Shown: positions 38,457 to 48,361 of the stretch, in pieces
Numbering within the stretch: position 1 is the first letter of the stretch
Layout of the letters: each line of letters opens with the position of its first letter
Origin: Plasmodiophora brassicae
Lineage: Eukaryota
Reading direction: 5' to 3'
Assembly (NCBI GenBank): GCA_036867785.1
Contig: CP145418.1
Coordinates: 558,001 to 622,000 of the forward strand
DNA length: 64,000 nt
Program-made: the position numbers and the translations under genes
The notes under the pieces: generated by a model
The model's database searches: none
What the model saw: only the letters and a program-made list of their open reading frames with translations
Told to the model about the DNA's origin: nothing

Positions 38457-39413
38457 ATGCGCATGGCAGTCTTCGCGACGGCGTTGCTGTCCTGCATCGC
38501 CCTGGTCGGTGCGTACTCGGGGTCGGGCAGCCCGCCGACGCCAAAGGCGCGCTCGCCCCGTCTGCTGGACGCACGAATATCGCTGCCCGCACCGACGCTG
38601 GTGCTGCGCGACGTGTCGATCACACCCGGGCCACCGTCATTTGCCGGGCACGGCCCCATCCTGGAGAGCGCCCCGCGGAACGCGTCCTCCGGGTGCTACT
38701 ACTCGACACCACTCGCTCATCTCCGCTGCGACGTTCGCAATCTAGACCGTGTTGTCGACGTCCACCGTCCGAGCTCTGTACGTGGTCCCCCGTCCCATAC
38801 GCTCACGGGTGCACATCCTGCTGCATCGCCCTACACGATCAGGAGGTTCGTTATCAAGCCGCGCGCTGCGAGGCCCCAGGGTACGACCCGTGACACAATG
38901 AACACGACGGCCCAGGCGGCAACGCGCGTCCAGGACGTTTCGACGGCGAACGCCACACGGAGGTCGAGGGCGTTCCCCCGCCTGCCGGTATCTCCCGTCA
39001 GCGTGATCCTGACCGGCATCATCGCTATGAACCTGCACGAGCTATACGGCAGGAGGGCGCCGGCGTCGGGCGCCGCCGTGCGATTCGCGCAACGGTTCCC
39101 GTCGCTTCGGGCGTCGGCGAAATCGACGCTGGCCGGGTTCGGCCTGGCGACGACCGCGATCATGGTCGCGCGGTCCATCCGCCGACGGCAACGCAGGTAC
39201 GCGCCCGAGCCGCTCCCGACGTATGCCGAAATGCGCCAGGCGCCGACCGACATCCAGACGCGGCGCTCCTGGCTGCCGGTCGTCATCGGCGTTGGCCTGG
39301 CCATCGTCCTGCTGTCCTCCTTCTACATGCTGTATTCCGTCAGGAGCGCCTACTCCCGGAAGGTCCCGTTGCGGATCGTGTCCTGTAAGCTGACGCGCCC
39401 CGATACCCCCTAG
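38457..39413 (+). CDS. Intronless signal-peptide protein with C-terminal hydrophobic segments (orphan, effector or surface candidate)
   Basis: N-terminus MRMAVFATALLSCIALVGA and up to three hydrophobic segments in the C-terminal half. Confidence 0.65.
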   Translation: MRMAVFATALLSCIALVGAYSGSGSPPTPKARSPRLLDARISLPAPTLVLRDVSITPGPPSFAGHGPILESAPRNASSGCYYSTPLAHLRCDVRNLDRVVDVHRPSSVRGPPSHTLTGAHPAASPYTIRRFVIKPRAARPQGTTRDTMNTTAQAATRVQDVSTANATRRSRAFPRLPVSPVSVILTGIIAMNLHELYGRRAPASGAAVRFAQRFPSLRASAKSTLAGFGLATTAIMVARSIRRRQRRYAPEPLPTYAEMRQAPTDIQTRRSWLPVVIGVGLAIVLLSSFYMLYSVRSAYSRKVPLRIVSCKLTRPDTP

Positions 39414-39514
39414 TAAGTTATAGACCGCCACGTTGCTGTAGAATGTATCATACACATGCCTGTTGCCATGCACGAATCGTGTCGCGCGGCCTGGGACTAG
39501 GTGGCGCTGACACC

Positions 39515-41644
39515 ATGAGGAGGGCCCCGGTGCTGGCCTGGTGGTGCCTCGTCGGCGCGGGCCTGTCGGCCTACCTGGCTGCTGGCCCTGAGGATGCGTT
39601 CGCCGAGGCGCAATCGCTCATCGCCCATGGGCGCTATTCGGACGCGATCACGGTACTGGCGCCGATGTACGCCATGTACCCCGTCGACGCGGTCCTCCTG
39701 CTGTACACGCGGGCGCTGAGCAGGTCAGGCGACGCTGACGCGGCGACGGGGCTGCTGGAGCGCGCGCTCAGGGATCGTCCCACTCGTTCGGTGGCTGTGC
39801 TCTGGTGTGAGGACCAGATGAACTCGATCCTGCGACGGGCGTCCCGGGTGGACGGCGGCGGCGCGCCCGTTCACGACGTTGTCGCCACGTTCCTGTCGCC
39901 TGATCTGCGCGCCAGACTCGTGGACATCTGCGACCAGGCGCTGGAGCAGGACCCGGGCAGCCATCAGGCCCAGTCGATTGTCGGCGTCCTGAAGATGCTG
40001 CTGGGCGACCTCGACGAGTCCAGGAGGCTCCTGACCCGGATCCTGGACGAACAGCCGCCCGAATGGGAGAACCACGCCAAGATCAAAGGGGCGCTGACGC
40101 AAGTCCTCCGCGCGCTCTACTTCGCCCGATTCTTCAAGGCGTCGTCCCAGGATTCAGCGTTCGACATTGCCCGGCAGCTGATCGGGATCGATGCCTCAGC
40201 GGCCGCCATGAACCTGTACCACAACGCGTTATCGTACACGAAACAGTTCCATCCGGACGCAACGAACACCTTCCTGGAGCAACTTCAGCGATCGTACGGG
40301 GAACAGGCCGGCGATGGCCTGCCCGCGTTAGTCACCTGGCAGGACGCGCTGCGCGTCGGCGAGGTCTCCATTGAACCTCTACCGAACCCGACGGCTGGTG
40401 GACTGGTCCGCGTCCCTGAACTGATCGTGCACCCGGACGGCCCTGGTCGGCGGCGATCGAATTCGCGCGCGATCCAGTTGCAATGGGGCGACTGGATCCC
40501 GTTCGCGTACGAAGACAAGCGGCACGCCCTGGTCCGCTTCAGCGTCCCTGTTCACGCATGGGGCCTGACAACGACCCTGCGCTCCGAGCGCTTCGTCTAC
40601 CTGTCCATCCCTTGTACTGTCCGCGTCGTGCCAGGCACTGCTAATCGCATTCGCTAACGAACGCGGCCAACAGGGGGGTTCGCGTCCGGCAATTACCGCC
40701 CGATGCCCCGGACGGGTCCCGTGTTGACGATCCCGCACCCGTGCCTCGTCATCGCACCAAACAGCCAGACGAACATCTACCATCACCTGGTCGAGAGCGT
40801 TGCCATCCTGGCCGTCGCCCTACGCGACGTCCTGCCCCTGCACCCGGACCTGCACGTCATGCTGCCCGACAGGCCGTTCTTCAGGCAGTTGCAGGCGATG
40901 CTCAACCTAGGCCCGCCTGTCGTCTGGCGCGACGTCGACCATCCGGGCCGGGTTCTGCTGGAGCGCGCGTTGTACATTAATTTCGCGCTCGGGGACGGCG
41001 ACTCTCCGCCGGGTGCCGACGATGGGGACGGTCTGGACGGCATGTGGGCCCGACGAGATTACTTCAACAAGTACCGGCCGTCGGCAGCGTCGATCCGCTG
41101 GGCACGAGACCTGCTGCTGTCGTCGTTGCCGAAGAGCAGCAGGTCATCGATGTGTGGGCCTCGTCTCGTGTATGTCTCCCGCACGGGCACGTCGCGGTCG
41201 CTGACGACGAACCAAGAGATGGGCCTCATAGACAGGATGAGACAGCGAGTCGGCGGCGAATGTGTCGATGTGTTCAGGGTGGCGCCCGGCGAGTCGGCAC
41301 CGTCCTTGGTCGACCATGCGGCCGCGTTCGCGTCGGCCGACATTATAGTCGGGGCACACGGAGCGGGCCTGGCGAACCTGATCTGGGCCCCGCCGGGTGC
41401 CTCGCTGATCTACTGGCCGACAAACCCAATGTCGGACGTGAACCACATCGCGTTGGCCGCCGCCCTGAACGTGTCCGTCCACGTGATCGAACCGATGCAC
41501 GCCTACATCTGGGACGCGTTCCACCTCAGCGACGACGAGTTCGAGGCGTGCGCTCGCCTCGTCATCGGCGCCATCGACCGCATTCTGCGGCGAACGCCGC
41601 ACCCATCGTCGTGCACCTGCCCTGCTGAGCACGACGATCTATGA
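39515..41644 (+). CDS. Secretory-pathway TPR-like + glycosyltransferase family 61 (DUF563) protein, two exons
   Basis: Signal peptide, helical TPR-like N-terminus, and GT61 motifs NIYHHLVE, LVYVSR...R, FASADIIVGAHGAGLANLIW. Confidence 0.8.
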
Positions 41645-41790
41645 ACCAGTATCCATATACGGGCGGAACCGTAATGATCGTGCCTATGTAGGTGGGTCAG
41701 CATCGCAGCCGTCACGATGGATGGGTACCCCGACAGCGGGAAGAAGACAGACTTCACCACCACGGGGTCCGCGGCGCGCAGCTTGTCGCG

Positions 41791-42429
41791 ATGGACGATG
41801 ATCAAGGTCTGGTCGGTTCGTTGCCGTTGTGGCAGGTGGCCGGGGGAGGCTGACGGATGGCGCTGCTTGCAGAGTCGCAGATATGCGCCGAGCGGTTCGT
41901 GGCGCGCGACAATTTCGTGCTGGTCGCCGCCCGGAAGCTGGCGTCGCTGTACAAGACGGCCGACGAGGCGCTGCTGGCCGAGGTGCTCGTCGAGCTCGAC
42001 GCGTTCTCGTACGACATGTCGAAGGCGGTCGTCAGGACCGAGACCGTACGACGCGAATGCGAAAGCTATGACCGGGCCCAGGCGGGATCGCTGATGCGGA
42101 TCGAGGAGACGCAGCGACAGATTGATGTGCTGCGGGAGCAGCTGGCAGAGGCGAAACTGGTCCGGGCTCAGGTCGAGGAATACAGGGCGATCCAGGCGGT
42201 TATCGACCACCTGCCAACTCGGGCGACCACGATGGCGCTGATCGATCGGGAAGCGGCCGAGATCGCCGAACTCGAACGGATCAACGCCGACCTGACGCGG
42301 CAGCAGGAGACCCGCGCCAAAGACTTCGCCTTGTTCTTCAACGCGTTAAACGCGCTTCGTGTCGGCCAGGGAGAACCGATCGACGACGACGAGGAGGCCC
42401 CCGCGGATCAAGCCATGGTCGATTCATGA
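41791..42429 (+). CDS. THOC7: THO complex subunit 7, two exons
   Basis: MDDDQ|ESQICAERF...ELDAFSYDMSK...ECESY...LREQLAEAKLVRAQVEEY...I..LPTR. Confidence 0.8.
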
Positions 42430-42503
42430 TACACGAACGTCGGCCCGGCCAATGACAATGTATTCATCACAGAAAGGGTTGTTGCACACAATGTGGAACC
42501 CGT

Positions 42504-43505
42504 TTACACATCCGTCGGGGTCGCGCCCGTCGCGGACGATGGCGACTTCGCCATCATGACCTGCGCGCCCGTGATGTGGTGCTGGGCCTCGTTGGCGGGC
42601 ATGCCCAGGTTCAGCAGCAACCCTTCGGCGTTCAGGTACACCTTGTTCGGGGAGCTGGACAGCGCGCCGGAGATCTTCTTCGCCGCCTCCATACGACGAA
42701 GCTCAACGAAACCTGTGGCGTGTGCGCGCGTCAGATCGCGATGCACTCACTCAATGGGGAATTGGAGCGTACCCGGGTTCCGCGCCAGCGCCTTGCCGAT
42801 CATCTCAGCCGACTGCGCCTCACCTTCGGCATGGATGATGTTGGATCGCTTGTCCTGCAGCGCGCGTTCGACAATGAACTTCGCCCGTTCCGCCTCCTGC
42901 TGGGCGACCTGCTTCGACTCGACGGCCGCCGTGTACTCAGAGCCGAAGCTCAGGTGCGTGATCGACACGTCATCGAGGAGAATGTAAAAGTCCTTCGCCC
43001 GCTCCTGCAGGTGGTTCCGAATCTCCCGGGAGATCTGCTCGCGCTTCGTGATCAGCTGCGACGCGTTGTACTGCGCGATGACCGCCTTCAGCGTCTCGTT
43101 GACGATCGACGGCAGTATGCGATCGTCGTAATCGGAGCCGAAGCGCCTGAAGATGGTCGGCAGCTGGCTGATGTCGGGCTTGTACAGGACACGGAGCGAT
43201 ATGTTGACCATCTGCATATCACGCGTTCCGGTCGGCGACGAGATCTTCTTCGGCTTGGTGCGCACGTCGAAGATCGTCGGCGTCTCGAACCACGGGATCA
43301 TGAAATGCATCCCTTCCGGGTAGACGGCATCCTTGACACCGACGACCCGGTTGTACATGACGGCGCGGTGACCGCCGGGGCATGTGAACAGCGAGTTGTA
43401 CCCGCCGTACGCGATCGCGCCGGCACCGAACAGGGTCGCAGCGAGCTTGCCAACGGCACCGGCCCCCGGCCCCGAGAAGTTACGCGCCGCACCAGCCGCC
43501 GACAT
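42504..43505 (-). CDS. PHB2: Prohibitin-2, two exons
   Basis: [73 protein letters not shown]. Confidence 0.95.
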
Positions 43506-43815
43506 GGGCCCTGCGCTGCTGCTGCTGGCAATTCGGTCTGTAGTCGAGCTGCGTCGCGGAGTCCGTAAACAGAACCGACGGCGGCCGGGGCAGCGCCAGC
43601 GCCGCACCGCAGTGGGCACGGACGCGGGACCACTCGTGCGATACGCGACCACGTCTGTCTCGTTCCAGGTAGTACAGGTAGTTGGAATCGGCTCCTCACA
43701 CAGGCCGAACGGAACAGGATGCGAGAATAACACGGCCAGTCCAGACTGATGTCTCCATGTGCCCTCTGAGCCTGGTTGTGACGGAATAAAACTTGTATTC
43801 TACGTAACACCGCGT

Positions 43816-45558
43816 TTACGACTTCGGTTCGGGCCACGCGGTCACATCGCGACGAATGGTGGCAGATCGATGGCTGCTGACTTTACGGCGCACTGCGACT
43901 TTGCCAGCGGGCGATGCAGGATCCTTGGTAGGGGGGTCACTGAGGGCACGCGCGATTTCCGCCTCGGCCCTTAACGCAACGTATAGTTCTTTGAGTGTGG
44001 GCCGCTGCTCGGGCTCGTGAGAGAAGCATCGCTCCAGGACAATCTTCAGGTTAGGGCCGATATTCAAGTATTCGGGGAGGACCGGACGAAATTGCCTCTT
44101 AATGACCTGGCCAAGCGTGTCAGATGGTGGTTGGCGATACGAGTCGACGTTTGATTCACTGACATAGTGGTAGTAGAGATCATATAAATCGTTTTCCGGT
44201 ACCCTATCTGGAGGCATCAGAATGAGAGGATGGTACCTCTCCCGAAGTTCGTCGTCCAAGATCACACGTGGATTCGTCGCGGCTATCAACATTAGCCATC
44301 GGCACCTGGCTATCGCCTCAGCAGCAACGACAGCCAGGCTCCAGACGCTGGCAGGATGCCCCCAAGGGTTACCTCCTGGACTGTACCGTGCTAGAAGATG
44401 CTCCGGAGCCGCATACATGACCGTCGTGGTAGCCAGCCTGCCCTGGTTATCAGGGAAGATGTTAATCGCGGTGACAAGGTCGGCCAGCTTCGCGACGGGA
44501 CGCCCTTGCAACCCTTCGAACACCAGAATGTTGGTCGGGTTGAGGTCGCCGTGGGTAATGTTCAAATGCTCCAATTCCATCGCGCCGAGGACGGCATCAG
44601 CGACGCAGTCGAGCCGGTCGGCCAAACTCATCTCATACCGGGGGTACCGTTGGACAAGGTCCATCGTTAGGAACTCCTGAAGCACGGCGTCGGCTTTCTC
44701 CACGATGATGGCAGGATATCCAAGGACAGTGCTATAACCGAGCAGCTTGATGACGTGCCGGCACTTTGCTTTGAGAGCGGCACGCAGGACGGAGAGCTCT
44801 CGAACCATCATGTTTCGATACAGGGTCAGCGGCCGGGGACGCGCCACGTCGAGGCCATAGACCTTGACGGCCGCAGGGACTGATCCCGAGTCCAACCGCA
44901 TGATCGCATCGAACACGTGGCTTGTCGACCCACGGCCGAGCCTGGCCGACAGCCTCAGCGATGATTCGGGGATCATCTTCAGCGTGGGGTTCTGGATCTC
45001 GAACAGCGTTCTAAACATTGGCGGGACGGCGTCGGCCGGGTCGACAGGAATATTCATGATCAGCTTGTGGATGACGTCGTAGACATGGAGCGTCTGTGGG
45101 ATCTCCCTGTTCGGAAGCATGTCGAGGAGATCGTCGGCGGACAGATGCGGCGACCAGTCATCGATATCGGAAACAGTATCATCGTCAGCATCATCGTCGT
45201 CGTCAGCATCGTAAATCATCGACGCCGGTGGCGTATCGGGCGTTCTGGGGAGGGGCCCGCTCACAGACCGCGACAGGGGCGGCGTCATCAGCATGCGATC
45301 CTCGGCGTTCGGTATTGTCGACGGCCCAGGAGACGAAGGCGGGGTCAGGAGATAATCAAGCGCAAACAGGGCCGGGGCGTCCGGCGCGGTCGCGGGGTGG
45401 GTGGTGCTGGGCCCGACGTCGAGTTCCGTATTGGGCGCCGCCGGCGCTACCGACAGCTTCCTTCGCCACGACCTGTCCGACGGCATCGACGCGCACGACG
45501 CTATCAGGCATGCTGCGACCAGCAGGCCGGCGAGCGCGACCGCAGAGCGCCGAGCCAT
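43816..45558 (-). CDS. Intronless signal-peptide protein kinase (TKL-like, divergent)
   Basis: Signal peptide MARRSAVALAGLLVAACLIASCAS, a Pro/acidic linker, then LGRGSTSHV, AAVK, HGDLNPTN, KLADL, YAAPE, RPT. No TM after the signal. Confidence 0.8.
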   Translation of the reverse strand: MARRSAVALAGLLVAACLIASCASMPSDRSWRRKLSVAPAAPNTELDVGPSTTHPATAPDAPALFALDYLLTPPSSPGPSTIPNAEDRMLMTPPLSRSVSGPLPRTPDTPPASMIYDADDDDDADDDTVSDIDDWSPHLSADDLLDMLPNREIPQTLHVYDVIHKLIMNIPVDPADAVPPMFRTLFEIQNPTLKMIPESSLRLSARLGRGSTSHVFDAIMRLDSGSVPAAVKVYGLDVARPRPLTLYRNMMVRELSVLRAALKAKCRHVIKLLGYSTVLGYPAIIVEKADAVLQEFLTMDLVQRYPRYEMSLADRLDCVADAVLGAMELEHLNITHGDLNPTNILVFEGLQGRPVAKLADLVTAINIFPDNQGRLATTTVMYAAPEHLLARYSPGGNPWGHPASVWSLAVVAAEAIARCRWLMLIAATNPRVILDDELRERYHPLILMPPDRVPENDLYDLYYHYVSESNVDSYRQPPSDTLGQVIKRQFRPVLPEYLNIGPNLKIVLERCFSHEPEQRPTLKELYVALRAEAEIARALSDPPTKDPASPAGKVAVRRKVSSHRSATIRRDVTAWPEPKS

Positions 45559-46357
45559 GTGGGCTCGGTGAGGTGTTGCGAAGCCTTTAACTAGGAACTG
45601 AAATATGGCGGCGGGCGGCCGCGAAGGGCACCTCGCCCGCGCACGCAACTTGTACGGATTTGCGTGACTGCTGCACGTGGCGGTCCATGGGCCCCGAACC
45701 GACGGGCGACGGGCGACGGGCGACCCAAGTCCGCTCGCCTATTATTAGAACTGCCCGCCACAAACCTGCCCGGGTGGGCGCGTGCGCGCCGCCCGCCCCA
45801 CCCAGGTCCGCCGATCGCCGCGTCGTGTTCCTGGACGTCCCCCGTGCGCGATGCCGCCGTGCCGGTCAAGCAATGTGTGTCCTCTGCCCATTTCGCGTGC
45901 CGCGCTGGGTCGCCGATCACCAGTTGAGCGACGCGTCGAATTGTCGCGCATGGCCCGCCCTTCTTCGGTTGCACATTTCCCTGCGCGGCTGACGGTCTGC
46001 TCAGCGTTGAAGTGTTTCAGGGCACCCGTTCGTCACTGCAGTATGCATACCACCATCGGTCTGAGATCGGTCGTACCAAGGGGCACTCATCGAACCGTCA
46101 ACGTCCGGTCGTCCTCCCAAGTGGGCCTCGGGGCGGCGATGCCTATACTGAATATGCGCCCCGTTGGCGATGGTGGCCCGCCCATCGACCGTCGACGCCG
46201 TGACCTGAGTCGTACAGGTATGTCGGTTGTCGAGGTCGGGCCTGCCGACGGATTTAGAACCACGACGATTGCCCTGGCCGTAAATAGGTGGCCGTCAGAT
46301 TGGCCATGCGACAGGCGCGAGCCTGACCGAACCGCGTCGAGTGCTCTGCAGGCGGCG

Positions 46358-48281
46358 ATGACGTTTGCGCCCGCCGGCGTTGCCGCGCCATCCAGGTCCC
46401 TGGCACGGTCGGAGGCCACCCACATTTCAAACCTGGAAACGCTGCACAAGCTACTCGTCGAGCAACGCGATCCGCATCTGGAATGCACTGCCGCTTGCGC
46501 GTCCCTGATCGACGTGCACCGCCGGTTCCTGTCCCAGCTGCAGTGTTCGCCCACGCTGACGACGCCGCTATTCAACCTCGCCATGCAGATGCGTTTGGTC
46601 GTGGATTTCACCGTGCAGGCGTGGATCGATGGTGCCCATCGCCGATCGCCCGCGTTAGCGGCGCTGGTCCGGGTCCCACGTGACCGCCTGCGGGTGTACC
46701 TGGCCCGATTAAGGGACGAGGTGCGCAGCGACCTCGTCCAGGAGGCCATCGGCATCATTGAGGAGTTCCAGCACGAGATCGACCGGGCCGCACACGATTT
46801 CACGATGGGCGGCGCCGGCAGGCGCCTGGCCGGGCGCCGCGAGTTCGACGGGCAGAAGGTGATCCGGTTCGGGCGGTTGACCAAGTTCTGCAGGAAAGGC
46901 CCTGGCCTGTACTGGTTCATCCTCAGCGGCAACACCCTGGCCTACACGAAACTGTCCCGACTGGGCCTGGCATGTGGCCGCTTACGACAGCTCGCCATTG
47001 ACGTAAGGACGCGCCACGTGTGTGGGACGTTACCCGGCCATAACGATGCCGCCAGATCTCGTTCGACGCGTTCGAGGTCCCGCACCTCGAAGGGGACCGA
47101 TATTACCGCCTGCAGATCCTGTCGGCGCAGAAGTCGTTCGAGGTATGAAACCCGGTCGACTCTGCCGTCGCCTGTTCGCCTGACACGTGTCCCAGATCGG
47201 GTCGTTCACCGACCAAGCGCGCCGGATGTGGCTGGCGTCGCTGCGGCCACTGATCAACAGTGCTCATGCCCAAGGGGGTCGTCCGGCGCCGCGGCCGATC
47301 ATGAAAGCGTTCGCGTCGGCAACACATTGTGGCGAATGCTCGACGCGTTTCAGGCGGCGTATCTGCCGGCAGGTGCTCCGACCCTGGCGACGACGCCGGC
47401 ATTGCGACCAGTGTGGGACCCTCGTCTGCCACGGGTGCGCTCGACGCCTGGACTCCACGACCTACTGCCACACGTGCCTGTTCGAGAAAGACATTCGCGC
47501 GTCGATGGCGCCAATGTATCCAGCGCGGACCGACACCAGCGGACGTGGATCGCAGCGCCAGGACCAATCGGCGACGAACGCCGACCAGGATGTGGGCCAG
47601 CTTGACGGTGATGATGAGAATTCGGTCTACCATGACGCCCCAGAAGGGGGCGCCCAGCCGGATGCTGTCGTCGGGCCAACGGCCATGTTGCCCGGCGAGA
47701 GATCGCCAATGCTGACGCGCTCGACGGTGATCGCCTGCCCTGGCGAAGAACTGTCGCATTCATCAGTGCCTGTCGTCAGTGGTTCGGTGTCGCTCTCGAC
47801 GCAAGTGCCAGCGCCGACACAGTCTGCGACGTGCGATTCAGCATCCACCGTCTGCAGCGACTCGTCTCCCATGCTTGACTCCTCCAAGTCGGCGTCGTCC
47901 GATGACTATGCCACCGCTTGCACGGGCTCATCCACCCTCCTCGAGACGATCAAGCCTGCGTCGTTCAACAACGACGAAGGTGCAAACGGGGCTTCGTCGA
48001 CCGGTTCCAGGTCGTTCGAAACGAAGGAGCGTGTCGTCGAGGGGCCGGGAACTCCAGCCAGTGATGGAACGGGACGAACGGTGTCCCTATCGCGAAGCGT
48101 CGCCCGGACCGGCGATATTGTGAAGGCGGCCATGGAATCGGTTTGCAACGGGAGCAAAGGACGGGCGCGACAACCGACGGCCGGCGAGTCCGACCGGAGC
48201 GCCTGCGACACGTTCGTCGCCAATCGGTTCAAACCCGACCTCTGCGCCAACTGCTATCAACGTCATGGACCGACGCCATGA
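46358..48281 (+). CDS. FGD-like protein: degenerate DH, PH and FYVE-like domains plus a C-terminal Cys/His motif; multi-exon, start uncertain
   Basis: SEATHISNLETL (DH start), PH IRFGRLTK...YWFILSGNTLAY, FYVE-like CGEC...RRRRHCDQCGTLVCHGC...CHTC, terminal CDTFVANRFKPDLCANCYQRH. Confidence 0.7.
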
Positions 48282-48361
48282 TACTCTCAATAGACTTGCC
48301 CTGCCAGCAACGTCGTGGAAGAGTCCTTTTAGTGAATAAGTGAAACACGCGTTAGAACGGA

